Source of the DNA: Tubiluchus corallicola
Lineage: Eukaryota > Animalia > Priapulida
NCBI GenBank assembly: GCA_030141605.1
Contig: JAQGDQ010001423.1
Span: 1-41,810, forward strand
Length of the DNA: 41,810 nt
Direction of reading: 5' to 3'
How positions within the stretch are numbered: the stretch's first letter is position 1; every line of letters begins with the position of its first letter. A model generated the notes under the pieces. The model was not told the DNA's origin, made no database searches, and saw only the letters and a list, made by a program, of their open reading frames with translations. This document shows, piece by piece, positions 35,791-41,810 of the stretch. Position numbers and translations under genes: made by a program.

Positions 35791-36469
35791 TATATTGCAC
35801 TTTAGAATACAATGCATTGCAGAAAATTTGTGTTGAATGTCAACTTTAAATATTATGCTAAATATGTAAGCATTTTTATATTTTATATTTTATATTAAAA
35901 AATCCGAGAAACTGTAATGTATCCGCTGATGATGCTGAAGCTCTAAATTGCAAATAGCAATTAACGTTCAAATTGAAACGTAATTCTCCAAACCTCCCGA
36001 GAGAAGTTTGGGTCATCTTGCACTGGCTTTTGACTTGGCACATTCTCCCAGTACAAAGCTGCCTTCTTGCATTGGCTTTTAACTTGCCAATATTGAAATA
36101 AATATTTTTGCTTATAACCTCCAAAGAGAAACTGCGTTGAATCAGTTTTAGCTTGTTGCTGACATTAAAATGAATGTTTTGGCTCATAACAGGAGCAGTT
36201 GTCTTGAATCAACTTTAACTTGTTCTCAATATTAGAATGAACATTTTTGAACATCAAAGAAATGTTCAGTTGAACATATTTGGAACGTTTTGAACATTTT
36301 TTCTACATATATTTTAATGAACATAATAATGATCGTAAGAAAAATACGGAGTCCTCCATGGGTCCAGTTACCGAGCCTTCATAAGTACATAATATAGCAG
36401 CTTAACTCATAGTTTAACCACTGCTATAACTACAGAATTATGTAAATATGTATATACAGAATTTTTTTT

Positions 36470-36758
36470 GAATATTGCTTGATGAAATGATACAAATTGG
36501 AGTTTTTTGACTTGATATTTTTTTTCTCCACTGTAAAGAAATTGCTTAATGAAATGATATAACTTCTTCTTAAAATGTTATTCTCTAGAAATGTAAATTG
36601 GAGTTTTTTGACTTGATATTTTTTTTCTCCACTGTAAATAAATTGCTTAATGAAATGATATGACTTCGTAAAATGTTATTGTGCAGAAATGTATATTGGA
36701 GTTTTTTGACTTAATATTCTTTTTCTTCATTGTAAAGAAATTGCTTAATGAAATGATC
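36470..36758. repeat. ~100-bp tandem repeat, ~3 copies
   Basis: attggagttttttgactt...ctgtaaagaaattgcttaatgaaatgat recurs. Confidence 0.88.
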
Positions 36759-37117
36759 TCGACTGTTGATGATGACTGCTAGTTTGCAAAATTTAGTAAA
36801 ATTCATTATATAATGGATTGTTTAAGAAGTTTTTAAGTCTTGATTCGTGTGAAATTGCATTAATGATTTTTGTATAGAAATGTGGCCGGGTCACATGTTG
36901 CCTAACTAACACGCCAAAATAAGATTTCTCATAGTGTAACAGCTGGGACTATTTTCAGTGTTTTTATGTTTACTCATGTAATGTTAGTACGTGTGTCAAG
37001 AATTTATAAGTTAACTGTGTCTGGATAAGAACTTTTCGTATTTTTTAAATGCTAGGTACCTATTTGTTTATCTATAGTTGGTTTGATAATGAAAAGGTAC
37101 GTTTTGCTTAACCCTTG

Positions 37118-37245
37118 TAGGGTCACGATTCCCCCCCCCCCATAATTCGTAAATTACTTTTGATAAACCGCCGTGTTTCATTAGTAAACAGCAACAGCAT
37201 AATTTGTGGTTATGCTGACCACCATAGGATACATTATACCTCTGC
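37118..37245 (+). repeat. Dispersed direct repeat (second copy 38872-39012)
   Basis: tagggtcacgatt...cataattcgtaaattacttttgataaac...tatgctgaccaccataggatacattata is present at both sites. Confidence 0.88.
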
Positions 37246-38484
37246 TTAAAGACATGTGACTTACTAGTAATACGAAATTTAAATTCACTTAGTTACGTTC
37301 CCTTATCTATGCTGGAATAACTGTAGCTAGCGCGTGTGCAAAATCATTGTTATTTTGAATTACAAAGATGTGTAACTCGCACGAGCTGTTGTGTATGTGT
37401 GTGTTATTGAAAATTGTTAGTTTGTGACGTCATCAAAAGGTGGCGTCGACCACCGTTAATTAAGGTTTTAATCTATTGTTTAATTGTCAGAAACGCTTTT
37501 GCACTGTGTTAAAATGTGTACTTTTTATTGTACTTGATAATGATATGAAAAATCATCGTGTCTTTATATCTTATCTCTTAAAATTATTATTTACTCTTAC
37601 AAGCAAATAAAATTGTTTTACAGCAAAGTTTAAAAATGTATAAAAATTTATTAAGCTATAAAAATCGTAAAATAATCACGAAGATTTAATGAGTATTGTG
37701 CAGTATGACTATTACAGAGACGCTACTGACATCTTGCGTACGTTTTACAAAATCACTTAGATCTAGACGGTAAAACGGCAAAGTATAGTAACGGATTTGG
37801 CCGCTAAGCGGCAGCACTTTACAACAACTCTAATTTACAAATTCTCTTGGAAATCACGTAAACAACATTATAAAAGAATTCAAACTGTAAGTTCTATAAA
37901 ACGTTCACTAGAAAGAAAACCAATGTAAGCTATCACTACGATGGTTTTCAATGGTTTACTACGAAAGTGATGGTTTATAAGTGATGGTTTATCGCTATAA
38001 ACTACCGTAAAACTACTTCAAACTACACTAAATTCTATCACAAAAGTTTGGAATTTATCAATCTCTATCCCGCAAAATTAAATCTTCCAGAACGATAACC
38101 CATGATGAAGATTAATCGTTTCCTAGCATGGAAGAACTGGTACAATGATTTAAATTGCTATTATATAAGTTAAATTGTTTGTAAATTTTAGTAAATTTTT
38201 AAATAGCTAAAATTTTTGCTCTAAATCCTGCTCATACAATTTTATACTGTTCATAATCAATGGCCATTGCTACATTGGTACTTCAACAGAAAAGAACAGA
38301 ACAATGCAAACATTTTTCATCTACACAAGATGGAAATGACTTACTAAAACTATTACAATTAAAGGAAAACCGTACGATTGTGTCAACACGAGTTCGAATA
38401 AAGAATGCTCTAAAATATTGAAAACTACAATAGCTTATTTTAAATCAAAGCTTACATTCAAAGCTACGCGCAGCTCAGTGAATC

Positions 38485-38871
38485 TACTAAGATTGACAGC
38501 GTCGCCTTTTTGTCACGTGCGTGTGGCTGACGAATAGAAGGCGGTACCATGATAAACATGATCATGAACTGTTGTGTTAGTTTCTGACATCATATGACGT
38601 AGACCCCTTTATTCGTGACATCATCCGTTTAAGCAGTACTGTAACACCTATGCAAATGTGCTTGACGTGCAAGGGAAGACGCCTGCCATTGCAGAAACTG
38701 TGGTTAGTTTCTGACGTAAGCAATAGCTGTGTTCGGTTGCCGTTAATTAACTTTCTAAGCTAATTATTCAAATATAAGAAACAATTGCTAACTTTTATAG
38801 GAAAGAGAACGTATATTTTGGGCAGTAAATGAAAATGAGATTGAGTCTAAACAATCATCCGGTTTTCCTTA
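38485..38871 (-). repeat. Dispersed repeat, inverted and longer copy of 18002-18318
   Basis: Reverse-complement alignment by eye, with extra internal blocks. Confidence 0.85.
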
Positions 38872-39634
38872 TAGGGTCACGATTTTTGCAGCCGATTTTG
38901 GTAACCGGAAGGTAAAAAATTACCCCCACCATAATTCGTAAATTACTTTTGATAAACTGCCGTGTTTCATTAGTACCTATGCTGACCACCATAGGATACA
39001 TTATATCTCTGCGGAAAGTTGAAATCGGGCATTACTCATATTGTTGATTGAATTTTTCCGTATCTATGAAGTAGAAAGCGCAAGTTAACGCTTATTTCTT
39101 GGATATTTTTCATTGAAGATATTCTTCTGAATTGATATTTCTTGATTAATTTGATGCTTTTTTCATATTCATTATGTATAAATTTGAGTGGTTTCTTGTA
39201 ATTTGTGTAATATCTTTTTCATTTTTGTTATATACATTCCATAAATTCTTTGTGCTGTACATATCCTTTATTGTGTAAATTTGCATTGGTATATCTGACT
39301 ACATAATTATTATTACTGTTAACATTCATATTTTATTTTCGATATTTTTCGAGTAGTAATTTTGAGTAGTAGTTTTCAATATTTTTTCAAATGCCAAATG
39401 TATTGTAAATAATTGTAAATAAACAATTTTTGTATTTAAACAAATCAGATACTTTTACTCTGCTTGTATGCTCCCATAAATGATGTTTAAACTAAATGTA
39501 TAATTACAGGACAAACGTCTTATTAACGAGAACACGCAACATTTTAACAACGCATTTAATAGCACACCACAAGCAGTTACTGAGTCAGCTTTCATAAGAG
39601 CCATATTAAAAAACGAGCGATTATTACAAAGGCG

Positions 39635-39893
39635 AAATTACAGAAACATTTTGGGTATTAGATGGCCCAAGAAAATTTCAAACAAAGATCTATATGAAAA
39701 AATAAAAGAAGAACCTTGGACAAGAAAAATAAAAAGATGGATTGGGCATGTGCTTAGACTACCTGATGATATTGCAGTGAAGATAGCTCTTCAACAAGCC
39801 ATAGAAGCAGCTAAAAAAACCTGCAGGAGGACAAATGTTAACATATTTAGATTTTGCACAGAAAGATTTAAACACTTCAGCATTGATCCTTAG
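39635..39893 (+). mobile_element. RTE-clade LINE ORF C-terminal fragment
   Basis: YRNILGIRWPKKISNKDLYEK...KIKRWIGHVLRLPDD..KIAL matches the RTE post-RT motif LRRILGIxWxDKISNEEL...RWLGHVLR. Confidence 0.85.
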
Positions 39894-40297
39894 AAATAAA
39901 TCCACTTGGGTTGTTCATTCGCTTGTTTACTTGCTTAACTACCTGTTTTTAATGTTTGCTTGCTTGCTCGTTTGCTTGATTACTTGCTTATGTTTCTTGT
40001 TTTAATTTTACTTTTGCTTAGTTGTTTGCTCCCTTTTTTGTTCTTACAAAAATATGAATTAATATATTATATTATTAATAATTTAAAATGTTCGCACTTG
40101 CTGGTACAACGACACGGGTTAGCTATCCCAGGGTGCACTTGCCACACATTTCATTTGCGATTCTTAATTTAAACTACTACAATAATGTGTGCTGCCACCT
40201 ACATTTAAAATTATTATGGAACTGGAGTCGAAGTTTAATCCACGGTTAGAAAATATTAATGTACGAATATTTGGGGCATTGCGGCGTGTAGGGAGTC

Positions 40298-40497
40298 CTG
40301 GCATAGGGAGGTGAGCAGAATCATGTCACTGGACGTATGGTTCATAGGATGACGATGATGATGATCTGGCATAGGGAGGTAAGCAGAATCATGTCCCTGG
40401 GCGTATGATTCATTGGATGACGATGATGATGATCTGGCATAGGGAGGTGAGCAGAATCATGTCACTGGACGTTTGATTCAGTGAAGAAGAAGAAGAA
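40298..40497 (+). repeat. 68-bp triplication of an RTE-like 3' end with (GAT)n/(GAA)n tails
   Basis: ctggcatagggagg at 40298, 40366 and 40434; each unit ends in a trinucleotide tail; RESWHREV resembles RTE terminal DRxxWR. Confidence 0.7.
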
Positions 40498-41613
40498 AAG
40501 ATTATTACACGTTTACGGTTAAAACATTTGAAGACCTAAGAGCGATAATAAAAAAGTAAACAATGACTTGGTATTGCATGTTGTGAAAATGGGTGGAGGT
40601 GGTACGTTTTGTTTACTTCGTTTGTTTTTCACGATTGCATCCAGCATCATCAGCATCGTGGTCCCTCTATCTTATAAATAGTTAGTTTTTATGCACAACT
40701 TGTATACGATACAGTGCAACTAACTTAACGTACTGTAGCTTATACTATATACTGCAGTTTTTAGAAATACTGCAGCTTGAAGGATATGTAAAAATTAGTA
40801 GAATATATTACAGTTTGTATGACATATTGCAGTTTCTAAAAATACATCGTCTTATAGGGGATACGTTAACAATTAATTGAATTTAGTGCAGCTTGTATGA
40901 TATATTGTAGTTTGTTGAAGGATTGCAAATTTATTTGATGGAGAATTAATGTCAATTGGAAATTTCATTTACGACTGTATGCATAGATTTGTGAATTAAA
41001 TAGTATAGCTTTGTTAGCGGACACATAACCGCATCACTGTGATTATCATATAGATAAAATATTTGTTTATCACATGTGTACAAATGCTTAGTAAATAGTT
41101 TTTTTTCGCTTCACGGAGTTTACAACTAAATTTGTATATCTGTGTATTTGTATATCTGTGTATATACCTTGTGCAGCTATGTTGAGTCAAATTGTTAGTA
41201 TAATCTGGAAATCATTACCCGAGCTCGGCCCGATGATAAAACCATCGGGCATGCGTCGAGTTTGTAATTTTCGTGTTGGAAATTTGATTTTCAGAAATAA
41301 AATATCTATCTATCTATCTACATAGCTAACATAGACACATAAACAACAAAGATGGGTAGAGTAGTTCAAAGTATAAATAAGCAAATAAACAAACAAAAAA
41401 AACATTAATATTGCTGCTTTATTTTATTAAAAGAAAAAGTTAATAGTAATTATTATAAGTACAGATATACACATATTTTTGTCATACATCAGATATTTGT
41501 CATACATTTGGTATTTCATATATTTTTACAGAAAACGAATTTGAATTAACTAAAGTTACTACTGTGCAATGCAGTTTAAAAACAAACATTTAGCTGACAT
41601 AGAAAAGTATCAA

Positions 41614-41810
41614 TATAGACATAGACATACATAGACATAGAACATTTATTTTCTCCAATTTGTTTGACATGACATGTTTTTTTAAATATTACTTATTTAT
41701 AGTAGTGGAGCAGGGCAGGGAAGGACCATAGGGTCATCTAGTCTCCTGCCCTGTCTAATAATTAAATTAGTATATTAAAAATAAATGGTGAGACTGCGGA
41801 TAACAAAATC
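41614..41810 (-). mobile_element. 3' end of a second CR1/L2-group LINE (or partner SINE), running off the window
   Basis: Minus strand reads cagggcaggagactagatgaccctatggtccttccctgccctg (41711-41753), then AATAAA (41645-41650) and a (CTATGT)n tail. Confidence 0.8.

Noticed and set aside
35876-36187. 103-aa minus-strand ORF
   Set aside because: No recognisable motif, and it overlaps a short degenerate internal repeat.

Overview
AT-rich, repeat-dense eukaryotic DNA, most likely from an invertebrate animal. There is no prokaryotic signal and no complete host gene is recognisable. The main feature is a 5'-truncated CR1/L2-group LINE (about 8301-12932, +) with an uninterrupted ORF2. It has an L1-type ORF1, an ORF2 with PHD finger, AP endonuclease and reverse transcriptase, a 3' stem-loop and an (ATT)n tail, and it is inserted into a 55-bp minisatellite. 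Around it are older LINE remnants (CR1/L2-like and RTE), six TIR MITEs with readable TSDs (piggyBac, Tc1/mariner, hAT), two tRNA-like SINE heads, more than 15 mini- and microsatellite arrays, and two pairs of long inverted repeats enclosing satellites. Gene fragments include an isolated kinesin-5 motor exon with a partial duplicate, plus weaker RRM-like and PHD-like pieces. The best leads are a covarying ATGACC-N4-GGTC hairpin shared by two LINE 3' ends and echoed in a 137-bp satellite, an inverted-repeat pair with an abrupt identity step, and tandem arrays that repeatedly arise at TE ends. All identities were estimated by eye and no searches were run.
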